Source: the human T2T-CHM13v2.0 reference genome, Homo sapiens. From it: a DNA stretch of 64,000 bases. Position 1 is the first letter of the stretch, and each line of letters opens with the position of its first letter. The position numbers and the translations under genes were made by a program. A model generated the notes under the pieces. That model had not been told where the DNA came from. It ran no database searches and saw only the letters and a program-made list of their open reading frames with translations. Shown here piece after piece: positions 12,020 through 25,731 of this stretch. The DNA lies in NCBI RefSeq assembly GCF_009914755.1, contig NC_060931.1; one strand, given 5' to 3'.

Positions 12020-14526
12020 ATTGTCATAAACCAGTAGATAGTAGGAAGTAATGATTTTCCCTAGTGGACTGAATATATGGTCCTGATGTGAACTAAGCTA
12101 TTCAAGAATGTCTGTTATACAAATTGTTGTATACTGATGTTTTATAGGTTCATCAAGGATTGCTTTGGAGGATTTATCAGAGGATTAATTAGACATTTAG
12201 CTATTTAGCCTGGTAAAACGCTTGTTGAACAAGGTTAAAACGTTTCCTGCTAACTTGTTTCAGAATGTATTCTGCTATATTGTGTTATTGGAACATTTGC
12301 TGTCCTGCTATTTTAATTTTATTTCAGATATTTTTGTCCTTTATTAAGTCGCTGTCATTTTTAAGTGTATAGATTTTACTTAGGTGTTTCCTCTTTGGCC
12401 TCTTGAGCAACTTTTCCTTTATAGCAGAAAGTTTACCTATTAGAAAACCGTGATAATTTAGAGAGAAGTTAGGTCATCTGCAACTGATCCTGCCTGTGGT
12501 TATAGAAGTTAGTTAGCTTGCATTTTCTGGGAAATTTTTCATAACAGATAATTCTGTATTTGCCAGACTCAGAACAGATCCTACCAGTAAATGAGATAAG
12601 TTCATCTTTTCAGTTTAGACTCCAGGCCTTTTGCTGCGCTTATGTTTTATATAGTCTAAAGTTCTTTGCTTATGGAAGTTGATTTATTTGCCCCCCCTTT
12701 TTTTTACTGGCATGTTTAAAACAATTTTACCTTTGAACGGAATTTGAAAAAAAATGCAGTGCATTCCTGCAAGCAGTGCTTATAATTGTGGTTATAATCA
12801 CCAGTAATTAGAATTTCCTAATCTGCCTTTAATTGTGCCATTCTTGCCTCTAGAACTGAGGCCAACTGTATAGTTCATTTCCGTATTTATTTGGATATTT
12901 ATTAAGTGTTGACTGTAGGTCTAGCTGGGTGCTTGGACAGAGTGATCAGATGTAACACGCAGAATAATATGCAATTTCTGCCCCACAGGTATCAAATTTG
13001 GGAGATAAGATCTACACAGAAGTAGTATTACACATGATATGTCAAATGAGTGTTATCAGTAAAAGGAATTCAGTAGGACAGAGAAGGACATTTTGCTTTT
13101 GAGTTCTCTAAAAGATTTCATTGAGATGGTGAGACTTGATCTGGGCTTGAAGGGATGGGAGTAAATTTTTAGTAAAGTAGGATGAAAATATTGGCTTAAT
13201 CAAGAGCAAAGGCATGGAGATGTAATGGGTATGTTCTATTGGAGGAAAATAATTAAATGGCAACACCAAATTTGTATTAGGCTCATAGTGGGAAATAGTG
13301 GGAAAGCCTTGTACAGGGAATGGTGGCATGGGGTTGCTTGCATGCATTCAGTAATGCAAAAGAGGGCCAACAGCCAGGATGCTGTGACAGAAAGCTCAAA
13401 GCCTAGGAATCAGAAGAGCTGAGTTCTGGCACTTTTGATGTCTTTCCACTTAGACCTATATTCTCTTTAAGTGAGCAGTTTAAACAGAGAGAGTGTAGGT
13501 TCCTTATGGTTAATATTCTTTAGTTCTGTTATCAGAGATGGAATGACAGCTTCTGTTTTGTATTACCTGAAGAGCTTTGTATGGCCTGGTGTAGCAGATG
13601 GAGGTTACTTGCTGTAAAAATCTCCTGAACCCATTCCTCTGTCACTGATTCATTCCATTGTTTGTCATATTCATTGCATTTCTACGTAGGGGAGTGTTAA
13701 GCCTATTGATTATTGCCTTCTGGAAATAAATTAGTCAGATTACCTAATTGAGATCAGATGGAGTGGAGCTTTGTTTTAGGGACAGTATAAAGGAATGGTT
13801 TTGATTTTGGGGAAACTTGGAGTGCCGGCTTTGGATAGAGAACATTTATAGCCAGTGAGGTCGATGACATAGGAGGGAGGTTCATGACATCTGGGGGAGG
13901 GGCAGAATATTTGGATTATTATAAAGGTTAAAATAGAAGAGTCCAAACATCTGGCATCTCATCTGTCTCTAATGTAGTCCCTGGTTACCTTTATTTCTCT
14001 TTGGATATAGTGATTGAGAGGATCAGTTCTTCTGGGTGATTTTTGCTGGTGTCTTTATTTTGTTTGTGGTTATTGGGAACTCTCATAACTAAGAAAGTTG
14101 CATTTAGATGACCTGTTTGCAGTTGTAGAATAATGATTTGGTATGTAAATCTCATAATAGGGCCTTCATCTTCTGTCATGCCTAACAGATCTGACTTGGT
14201 GGTTGGAGTAATTTTTCTACCAACAAAAAACCCAAAAATCTCACCTGTATTTTTCCTGCCAATTGGTGTATTCACCAGTCTCAGGTTTAGGATCAGTCCC
14301 TTTTTGTTTGTGGTTGGTTTCTAGGAGGAAACAATGTACAAATACTGAGTTAAAAGTAGGGTTGGGCCACTGGAGATACAAAGAAAAATCTTTTTGCCTT
14401 AGTCATCAACAATGGAAAAGCATTTGGTAAAGTAACTTTGATGCAGCAGTATGTGTCATTGAGTAGTTACAGAAAGTTTTTCTTAATAGGAATCTGGATT
14501 TTATTATTAAAGAATGTCATTATAGA

Positions 14527-14823
14527 GGCTGGGTGTGTTGGCTCACGCCTGCAATCCCAGCACTTTGGGAGGCTGAGGCGGACGGATCACCTGAGGTCAG
14601 GAGTTCAAGACGAACCTGGCCAACATGGCAAAACCCCATCTCTACTAAAAATACAAAAATTAGCTGGGTGTGGTGGTGCGTGCCTGTAATCCCAGCTACT
14701 CGGGAGGCTGAGGCAAGAGAATCACTTGAACCCAGGGGGTGGAGGTTGCAGTGAGCCAAGATTGCGCCACTTCACTCCAGCCTGGGTGAAAGAGCGAAAC
14801 TCCGTCTCAAAAAAAAAAAAAAA
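14527..14823 (+). mobile_element. Full-length AluS (Sx/Sq-like)
   Basis: Both monomers and A tail; degenerate TSD aatgtcattataga/aatgtcgttttaga. Confidence 0.95.
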
Positions 14824-14845
14824 TGTCGTTTTAGAACTGTACTCT

Positions 14846-14933
14846 TTATTTTTAGAGACAGAGTCTTACCCTGTTGCCCGGGCTGTAGTGCAGTGGTAGG
14901 ATCATAGTTCACTGCAGCCTCAAACTCCTGGGC
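14846..14933 (-). mobile_element. 5'-truncated AluJ/FRAM 3' fragment
   Basis: Antisense Alu right-arm end flanked by TSD AGAACTGTACT. Confidence 0.85.
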
Positions 14934-16162
14934 AAGAACTGTACTGTTTTAAGAATTTACAAAGAATAAGAGTTGTCTGAAAAGTGTAGAGGGGAAAATT
15001 TCAATAAATGATAGCCACTGTTTACTGAATACTTACTATGTTGCAGGCATTATATATACATTATAATCTTTAATTCTCACCAAATTTCTAATGTTTAAGT
15101 AGTAGTATCAGTGTTTACAGGGAAGAAGTCAGGCCTGGAGGGCTGAAGTGCCTTCCCTGGGTCACCTAGTCTGTATGTAATAGAAACAGGATTTTTACCA
15201 GGTCTATTGGGCCTCACATTTCTGTATTTTCACCTGACTATTAAGGATAATAAGGAGATTGACATGTAAATAAACACAGGGCCATGTGCTGCATTGAAGT
15301 ATTGTCCAGGTATGGAAGAAATACAAAGGGAGGGAATGATCAAGTTGACCTTGGGGTAGAGCACTTAGAGAAAGATTCCTGGAGAAAGATGACACCTTAG
15401 TAGGATACTGGTGACCATCTAAAAGTTCTTTGGGTAGAAGAGAAGGATTAATGACACTAGTGATTCATTGTCTATATGTTTTCTTCTCTGTTTAACAAGA
15501 GCAGAATGATCTGGTTCATCTCTACTGTTGACTCTCTTCATCACAGTCTCTCTTGGCCTTTTATACACCAAGATGATCCTGCTGTTCCCATCCCAGTTTT
15601 TGTTAGTTTGATCATTTTCACACTGTTTACATTTGTAATATTTAGTACTGTTTTGTAGAGATAATTCCTATAGTTGTTTACACATATTTTTATTTTTAAA
15701 TAGAATCGTGCATGTGTGTACTACCTGTGTGTCCGTGAGTTTATATATTTATTTAACCACGAATTCTTTGTTTTGATTCATCTGTTGGTTGAGTCCTGAG
15801 TCTGAGTATTTAAAGATAATACACTTCTTGAGTCCCATTTTTTTCCAAGAGCTCTGAAGACCCCTCTGCCATGTGTCCCAAATAATTATCTATATATGTT
15901 ATATATGTAGATCTCTATACAGATCTTTCTATATATACATAGAGAAATTTCTCTATATAAATAATTTATCGATACATACATTTATAAATAAATCTACTCA
16001 GGTATATAGAAAGATAACTATACAGAGAGAGATGAATCAAGGATGAATCAAAACAAAGAATTTAGAAATGGACAGGCTGTGGTTAAGTAAATATGTAAAT
16101 ACATACTAGTAGTACCCACATGCATATCATATATATGTATACAGTTTTAAGAGTGCTTTACA

Positions 16163-16447
16163 TAGATGTTTAACTTAGGATTTTTGACTTTATAATGGTG
16201 TGGAGGTGATATGCATTCTGTAGAAACTATACTTTGAATTTCAATATTTTTCAGGGCTAGCAATATTCATAATGAAACTCGGTGGTGCTGAGCCAAATAT
16301 CTCATGTAATTTATTGAATACGGTATTGAAAGGGTTCTGAGCACATTTAAGGTAGGCTAGCCTAAGCTACGATGTTTGGTAGTTTAGGTGTATGCATTTT
16401 CAACTGAAGATATTTTCAATTTACCATCCTAAGTCAAGGAGCATTTG
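16163..16447. mobile_element. TcMar-Tigger fossil (MER47/Tigger5-like)
   Basis: gtaggctagcctaagctacgatgtttggtag..taagtcaaggagcatttg followed by TA resembles a MER47 end. Confidence 0.65.
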
Positions 16448-17587
16448 TATATTAAGGATATTGTCCTTTTGTTTTTGATATACATTGCAAATATTTTAAA
16501 TTCATTATTTGTCTTTGGAATTTGCTTCTGATGTGTTTAACCATGATACATTTTTTTTCTTTTGTTGCATAATGCCTTAGAGCTGCCTTAAAAAACTGAT
16601 TGGAAGCTTTATGTGCAAAGATAAGGCTTATTAATAGTCAAGGATTTTGATGTATCATTCTGTGAGACCTTTTGATTTAAGAGAAGAATCTACCAATTTC
16701 TTAGTAGAGATGGAGGCTATGGAGTGGGGCCTTTTTCAGTTCGGAGATCTTTATTCTTCTATTTTCTTCCCTGCCCGTTGCCGTGCCTGGTATTCTCAAT
16801 TCCGAATATTCTTTGTTGTTGTTGTTGTTGTTTTCCCCACAGTAAATCTCCATTCTCATGCTCTAGTGGGGGTATGGTATTTGCTTGGCTGTATGTAATG
16901 GATTGGGGACCTCGGGATCTGTTTTTTATTCAGTCTTTCAGTCAGTCTAGATTTTAGCCTCATGTATCACTACTGTGTTGGGAAGTCATGGAGCTCCAGA
17001 TGCCTGAGTCCTTTGGGAATTATTTAGTGAGAATTGGCTTACTTGTGCAGACACTCAGGATCTGTGTTTGCTCCGTGCCGTTGATGCTTTCATCTATTTT
17101 TTTTTTCTCATTTGCTGCCGACTTCTCTCAAGTTCTTTAACTCATTTTTATTAAATATTATTTATTTTCATTTTAGTAGGTTTTGGAGGGGAGGAGAGAG
17201 AAACATGTGTTTAATTCACTGTATTTAACTAGAAATCCAGGTGGTTCTTTGTACGTACTGTTTTTCCCCTTAGGCTCTACTTTGTAGGCAGTTGGATGGC
17301 TCTCAAGTGAGGCTTTTTAGGTTCACAGTATTGCACTTTTGTTTAAGTTTGTTTGCCAGTACCCAGATGATTCTGATGTTTCAAATCAGTTGCCTCTTGC
17401 CCTCGTTTATGCTAAGTTTAACTTCAGGGAAGCAAATTTTTTAAGTTTCAAGGCAAGAATTCTTTAGTTGATGCTTAAAATCTGGTTGCAGTTTTAGGAT
17501 CTCTGCTTTCTCCCCATGGTTGATCAGTTTCACAGTATTCGATGTAGCCTGTGTTTGGCCATTATAGTTTTTTTGTAGTTTCATTTT

Positions 17588-17800
17588 TAGGGGTGTCTAA
17601 TCTTTTGGCTTCCTTGGGCCACATTTTTTATAGTTTCATTTTTAGGGGTGTCTAATCTTTTGGCTTCTGTGGGCCACACATAAAATACACTAACAATAGC
17701 TGATCAGCTAAAAAAAAAAACTGCAAAAAATCTCATAATGTTTTAAGGAAGTTTATGAATTTGTGTTGGGCCACATTAGGCCATGCGTTGGACAAACTTG
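17588..17800 (+). mobile_element. MER30 hAT-Charlie MITE with a duplicated left end
   Basis: aggggtgtctaatcttttggcttcc...gggccacacataaaatacactaac...ttggacaaacttg. Confidence 0.85.
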
Positions 17801-19338
17801 TTTTAATCGAATCCTCCTTCCTGTTTTTTTTCTTTCTCTTTTTGGTGGTTTTCAAGAAGTTGAAGTAAACATACCTTTATTCCTTTCTTTTAAAATGCAT
17901 GTACTACAGTTTGAAAAACATTGTACAAAATCATATATTTCATTTAGGAAATTGAATACCTGGAGGATTAGCTGTGCCAAAATCTTTTTCCCAATCCTTA
18001 TAAAGTTCGGCATGAGGTATAATTCTAGCCTCACTCATTTGGTTGCAGTGAGTTTCACATCACAGTGAAGGGAGGACAGTTCCTGTGAGAACACATGTGT
18101 TGGAACTAGAGAGCTGCCAAAACGTCTCTTTCACCACCCATCTTATTAGTTGTCTCTCACAGTGCTTCTGTTCCTGTCTACACTCTAGCTTCATGTGGCC
18201 TTCTTTCTTGTGCTTGCCTATAGTTTCTGTTCTCTCGTAAGTTCAGCTTACACCTGAGCCGTCATGGACACCACTGTCTCTCTTTTACTTACTTTTGACC
18301 TTTCTGCTTAAGCTCTTTACTGCTGGCCAATATAGTCTCTCACTGTTTCTTAATCATATTTCCAAAAAAAAAAAAAATTGATTGGCCTATGCCATCTTTT
18401 TGTTCCACTTCTGATTTGTGCCTAGCCAAACTATAAGTTGGCTATCTGGGTTCAGGTTTCCAAACAGCTTAGTGGTGTCAGGGGAGGGAGCAGTAGGACA
18501 GCAGGGGAACATGGTATATCTGAGGACTGTCTTAGCAGCAAGAAGGCAGGGATGGGACACTTCACCTTGGTAAGTGAGGGGGCAGAACAGAGCTGAATAC
18601 ATCAAATAGTCCCTATTTTATTATGCTAGTTTATTTTTAATGGAGTACTTCAGGCAAATACTTAGTAGTGCAGATTGAATAATGTAGGAAACTAGCTAAT
18701 TTTTAAGTGTCAAAAATTGACTGCAAAAACCTGTACCCCGATCTGATGCTAGTTTCTGTTTTCATTATGACTTCAGTGCCATGGTGTGGCAGAAAGACCA
18801 TTAAAGTAGAAGTCAGGAGTCTTAGATTCTAGACCTGTTTTTGCTGTTCTGAAAGGCTTCACGTTCTGCATCAGATAAAATTTTAAGGTTATTGAGGTAG
18901 AATAGTGTCTAAGGTGCTGTTTAGCTATAAAACTTGTGACTCACAGTGTACTATACCAAGTTGGTAAAGGTAATTTCCACAAGAGTAGTCAGATTACAAA
19001 GCTTGTAATAACATGAAATCATGAGTACAGGTTAATGTAAAAAATTAAAAACGAGAATACCTGGACCAGTACATCAGAGAGAGATACAGGAGTTTGTAGT
19101 GGACTGCATCCCTCTCATTTTAACTTGTTTTGTTTGATGAGGAGATCATCTTCATAAACTGATACAAAAGTCAGATATTATAATCACAAAATTTTCCTGA
19201 CTTGAGTTGCACATAAACAGTGTAATGCAGTAAGTGTAATATTGAAGTTTCAAACGCTTTTTGATTTTCCATGCTTTTTAAAAGCCATAGCTGGATATTC
19301 AGAATAGTTAAGTAACTTGAGTTTCTTTTGTTTTTTAG

Positions 19339-19434
19339 GATTTAAGTGCCCTGTATGCTCAAAATTTGTATCCTCAGATGAAATGGATTTGCATCTTGTA
19401 ATGTGTTTAACAAAGCCACGAATAACCTATAATG
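19339..19434 (+). CDS. ZNRF2: ZNRF2 internal coding exon (exon 2), C2HC/UBZ-type zinc finger: (G)FKCPVCSKFVSSDEMDLHLVMCLTKPRITYN(E)
   Basis: Acceptor gtttcttttgttttttag|GA and donor AATG|gtaagt. 96 nt, phase 1-1, open frame with CxxC..H..C. The peptide is recognised as ZNRF2; the paralogue ZNRF1 reads CPICSKSVASDEMEMHF here. Confidence 0.96.
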
Positions 19435-19562
19435 GTAAGTCCAATGGTTTAAAATAATATTTTAAGTTAGAATTAACTTACATTTTATGAATTTCATGTT
19501 TCAAGTATAATTTAAAAGGAGGGAAGGACATTGTTTTCTCTATTTTTACTAGTGCATTAATG

Positions 19563-20406
19563 CAGTGGTTCTCAAATTCTGTGATCTCAAGACTTCTTTA
19601 CACTTCAAAAAATTACTGAGGACTTCAAAGAGTTTTTCTTTACTTGGGTTATATCTATCCATATTTGTCATAAATTAAAACAGAATTTATAATTTTTAAT
19701 TTATTTTGTTAAACATAAATATAATTATGTTGACAACTTTTAAATGAAAAGTAAATTTTCTAAGACAAAATATTTAGTGACAAGAGTGGCATTTTCAGGA
19801 TTTTTACAAACTCTTTAATATCAGGCTTCATGACAAGGAATTCTCACATCTGCTTCTTCATTCAGTTTATTGTGATATGGCACGTCTTGTGTCCTCTGGA
19901 AAACTCTGCTGCTATACTGGAGAGAATGGGAATGAAAAAGGCAGATATGGCCAGGCACAGTGGCTCACACCTGTAATCCCAGCACTTTGGGAGGCCGAGG
20001 TAGGCAGATCACCTGAGATCCCAAGTTTGAGACCAGCCTGGCCAACATGGTGAAACCCCATCTCTACTAAAAGAAAAAAAAAAAGAAAAAAAAAAATTAG
20101 CTGGGTGTGGTGGTGCACACCTGAAATCCTAGCTACTCGGGAGGCTGAGGCAGGAGAATCGCTTGAACCCAGGAGGCGAAAGTTGTAGTGAGCCGAGATT
20201 GTGCCACTGCACTCCAGCCTTGGAGACAGAGTGAGACTCTGTCTCAAAAAAAAAAAGAAAAAAAAACAAAAACAAACAAACAAAAAAACAGATACTTAGT
20301 GTTACCATGAAAATAGTTTTTACTTTGTTAATCTAAAAGGATTTCAAAGGCTCTTCCACTTCTCCTACTGTACAAGATTCTTTGGACCACAGTTTGAGAA
20401 CTGCTG
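19563..20406. mobile_element. hAT-Charlie element (Charlie4-like) interrupted by an Alu
   Basis: TIRs cagtggttctcaaa and tttgagaactgctg. Confidence 0.7.
19949..20289 (+). mobile_element. Full-length AluS with expanded A-rich linker and (CAAA)n tail
   Basis: Both monomers; TSD-like aaaaaggcagata/aaaaaacagata. Confidence 0.95.
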
Positions 20407-21837
20407 CATTGAAATAAAATCTTTTGGGTTAAGCCTAAGTAAAATGTAATGTTCATAATGGCCATTTTCAAAAGTAAGTAAGCATGGTTGAAATTGCAAC
20501 TTTTTTCTTTTTGTTTAAGAGTATAGAGTAAATGAAGGGAACATATATGAGGAGTAGGGAGAATAAAAGTTTATTCAATAGTAAATAGATGCCTAATGGG
20601 AGAAAAAAGTCATTAAGAGAAACCCAAAACTCTACCTATGCAGTGCATATGTGTCTCTGTCTTTCCTCCCATATACAAATTTAGTCTGTGAGCTCTGGAG
20701 CGAACTGGTATTTTTTTAGGTCTGGTGTTTTAGACTGTACCATTCTTTCCTGACCAAAATCTCTAGATATTCCAAAACCTAGGAAAGATTTTAAATGTAG
20801 CCTTGGCATACTTTGGAATAGACTTGGGGGGGAAAAATCAAGTAGTTCTGTCCTAACCAATGAATAGAATAAAATGAAGGAAAAATGAAAGTTGTTTTCA
20901 AAATTTTATAAAGAAACAGACTTCAAAAGCTTAAGAGAAATTTCATTTTTTTTAAATATAAATTTTGGCCTGAAATAAAATGTGTAGAAAGGGTACCAGT
21001 AAACACTATAGCCAATTGAAAGATTGGCTAAATTCAACATATATTTTGAGCATCAATTATGTGCGAGGTACTGTGTTAGGAATTAGAGATATAGCAGTGA
21101 ATGAACAGAAATGGAGCTTACAGCCTACTAATAGTAATAGTCACTGATTTCTTTGAGCTAAGAATTATTGGTTAAATAAAAAGGTTCTATGAAAAACTTA
21201 GTAGATATAGCAGCACTTATCTGAGCTTTCTCCTCAGGTAACAAAAATGTTGGGAGGGGTAGAATTTAACATTGAAATGAGCATATTACTTTTGGTAGTG
21301 TTTTGCAAGTTGATCTAAGAATCAGTCTCTCAATTCTTCCCTTTCCTTCACTTTTTCTAGTATGGTGGTGCTTCAGCCACCCTATTACAGGGTTGACAAT
21401 AGAGCACTTTTTGCCATTCATTTGCTGATGAAATGTGAAAGTGGTTTTAAGCAGTTACTTGGCATAATAAATGTATTTGTTGATTATATCCTAACCTTTT
21501 TGCATTATGAAATTGAATTGGCTACTTTGCATTATCTACTTCAAGTTTAGTTATTTAAGAAATAGAAAGTGTTCTCATTCAAAATTTGTGACTAAAAGTA
21601 TATGGGTTTGTTTTTCATACCTGCTCCACTATCTTATATTCTATAATTGTTTATGTTTAATATGAGTGCCTTTAAATATCCATAAATCTTAAAGCTTCTG
21701 GCTTTCAATTTGAAAATCACAAATATATTTGACCATATAATAATATATTTACACACAGTCTTAGTATTCTGTATGTTTACTTTTTGTGTAATATATCTAG
21801 AATACAGTCTTCTTGTGTATTGTGATATTTAACAATT

Positions 21838-23163
<1,326 letters not shown>

Positions 23164-23393
23164 TTAACTATGCCTAAGTCATTAAACTGTTCTGCTAGAT
23201 CACTTGTTTGGTGTCTTAAGAACTAATATATAACCTTCTGCTTGGGGATACTATAACAACCAAATATTTCGAATTTTAAATATTTAACAGTATTTCAATC
23301 TAGAAATTAATAAATTTCATGCAATAAGTAAATAAACTTGTAGGCATTCTTAAAGTTGCTGACTGAAAGCTTTAAAAAATAAAAATATATATA

Positions 23394-23562
23394 TTTTTGT
23401 TTTTAGAGTCAGGATCTTGCTGTGTTGCCCGGGCTGGAGCTCAGTGGCTATCTATAGGCACAGTCATGGCACACGACAGCCTCAAACTCCTGGGCACAAG
23501 TGATCCTCCTACCTCAGCCTCCTAAGTAGCTAGGACTACAGGTGCATGCCACCATGCCTGGC
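23394..23562 (-). mobile_element. FAM-type (fossil Alu monomer) element
   Basis: Carries the FAM/7SL-retained segment (antisense cagtggctatctataggc, matching GCCTGTGAATAGCCACTG) that ordinary Alu right arms lack. Confidence 0.75.
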
Positions 23563-24837
23563 TTTTATTTTTTATTTTGTAGAGATAAAAAATTCAAAGT
23601 ATGTATTAATTGTATAAACATTCACAGCAAGAAGCAAATACAGCTTCTTAATAAAAACCGTGTATAGTTTTTGAGGTTTTAAAACTAGCTCTTGGACAGT
23701 GGCCAGTTATGAGTAAGTGAAGGAGAAAGGAGCTTTGCCTGGACTGATTTGGAGGGTTACAGAGAGGTGGCAGGTTAATAATGTACTTTCCTATCATAGG
23801 CAAGGGGAATTCTAATGCCACCTGGTTTTAAAGTCAGACCCCCCCCAAAATGTCTGTCACAGGTGATGAGTCCAAATGGAAATTGGCTCCTTTAATACCT
23901 CATAAGCAAACCATCTAGGATTATTATAAAGTAGAACAAGGTAAAGCCAGAGAATCTCTAAAACTGAATCTTTTTAGTCAACTGGATTCCTCACAATTTT
24001 ATATTTGAATTCCTACATGTTGATTCCATAGAGAGATACATCAGATACATTGGGCCTCTGAATTGTGTTAGTGCTCAAACAAGAACATTTTTTTCAGCAT
24101 ACTGTTCATTTAACTTACACTTTTGCAGCCTTTTCCAAAGTAGCTAGATCTGAAATTTTGAAATTTATTTGTTAAGTGAATGTTAACTGTCTATAAACAT
24201 TCATAGTTATAACACAAGAATAGTGGGGCTTGTTTTCTTCAGACTGGATATATTTATATAGATAAGCTCCTGAATTGGATGAGTTCCAGAAATTCAAATA
24301 TAAGTTGATGATTTAGAGTTTCAGACTCTTTGTCACAGAGATGATATTTGAAATATTGGTTTTTCAGACTAGCTCACCAAAACCTTCTTATTTTTTTAAA
24401 TGCACAATATATCTGAACACCCACATCCTGGTACCTGAAGAAGAAATTGGCTGACTAGGTAGAAACTCTCAGGGATTGGGCAGCTGGCTCGGCAGAGATC
24501 CCAATGGGACGCCCAAGGCTGTCAGGGCAGGGAAGGATTTTGAATGATGTGGGTGGTATTATCTATTGCAGATGGTATTTTGGCAGCTTGAAAAAATTAA
24601 GAATGCCACAGTGAGTATTCAACAACATAGATTACCTTCATGTGAAGGACTGCCTGTTTCATATACTTTTCCCTCTTTCATGTGCTTCATTGTTGAGTTT
24701 ATGGACCTAATAATTCCTTGTATAGTCTATGAATCTAATACAAATTTTATGAGTATAGAGGCTCTCTTCATTTCCTTGCTCCTTCTAGGATATTTCAGAC
24801 AAGCCAACAAATTAAATATTATTAGCAAATTCTTAGT

Positions 24838-25731
24838 TTTTTTAAAAAATTTTATTATGTGTACATAATAGTACATTTATAGGGGTCCATGTGATATTCA
24901 GATACAAATGTACAATGTGTAATGATCAAATCAGGATAATTGGGACATCCATCACTTCAAGCATTTATAATTTCTTTGTATTAGGTACATACCAGTTCTG
25001 CTTTTCTAGTTATTTTGAAATACACAATAAATTATTGTTAACTATAGTTGTCCTGTTGTGCTTCCAAGCACTAGGTCTTATTCCTTTTATCTGAAGGTAT
25101 TTTTGTACCCATTAATCAAACCCTCTTTATATCCCCCTTCCCCAGTACCCTTCCCAGCCTCTGGTAACCATCATTCTTCTCTCTGTCTCCATGAGATCAG
25201 TTTTGTTTTGTTTTGTTTTTTAAGCTCCCACATAATGAGTGAAAATATGCTATAGTTGTCTTTCTGTGCCTGGCTTATTTCACTTAACATAATGTCCTCC
25301 AGTTCCATCCATGTTGTTGAAAATGACAGATTTCATTCATTTGCATGGCTGAATAATATTCTATTGTTTATAGATACCACGTTTTCTGTATCCATTCATC
25401 TGTTGATGGATACTTAGGTTGAATCCATATCTTGGTTATCGTGAATAGTGCTGCAGTAAACATGGGAGTGCAGATATTTCTTCGAAATACTGATTTCATT
25501 TCTTTTGGATATATATCCAGTAACAGGATTGCTGGATCATATGGTAGTTCTCTTTTTCGTTTTTTGAGGAACCTCTGTACTGTTCTCCATAATGGCTGTA
25601 CTAATTTACATTCCCACCAACAGTGTACAAGGGTTCCCCTTTCTCCACAGCCTTGCCAGCATCTGTTATTGCCTGTCTTTTTGATAAAAGCTGTTTTAAC
25701 AATAAGATCATATCTTATTGTAGCTTTGATG
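24838..25731 (-). mobile_element. 5'-truncated L1MA 3' end
   Basis: L1MA 3'UTR motifs; perfect 15-bp TSD TAGCAAATTCTTAGT (24823-24837 / 25732-25746). Confidence 0.92.
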
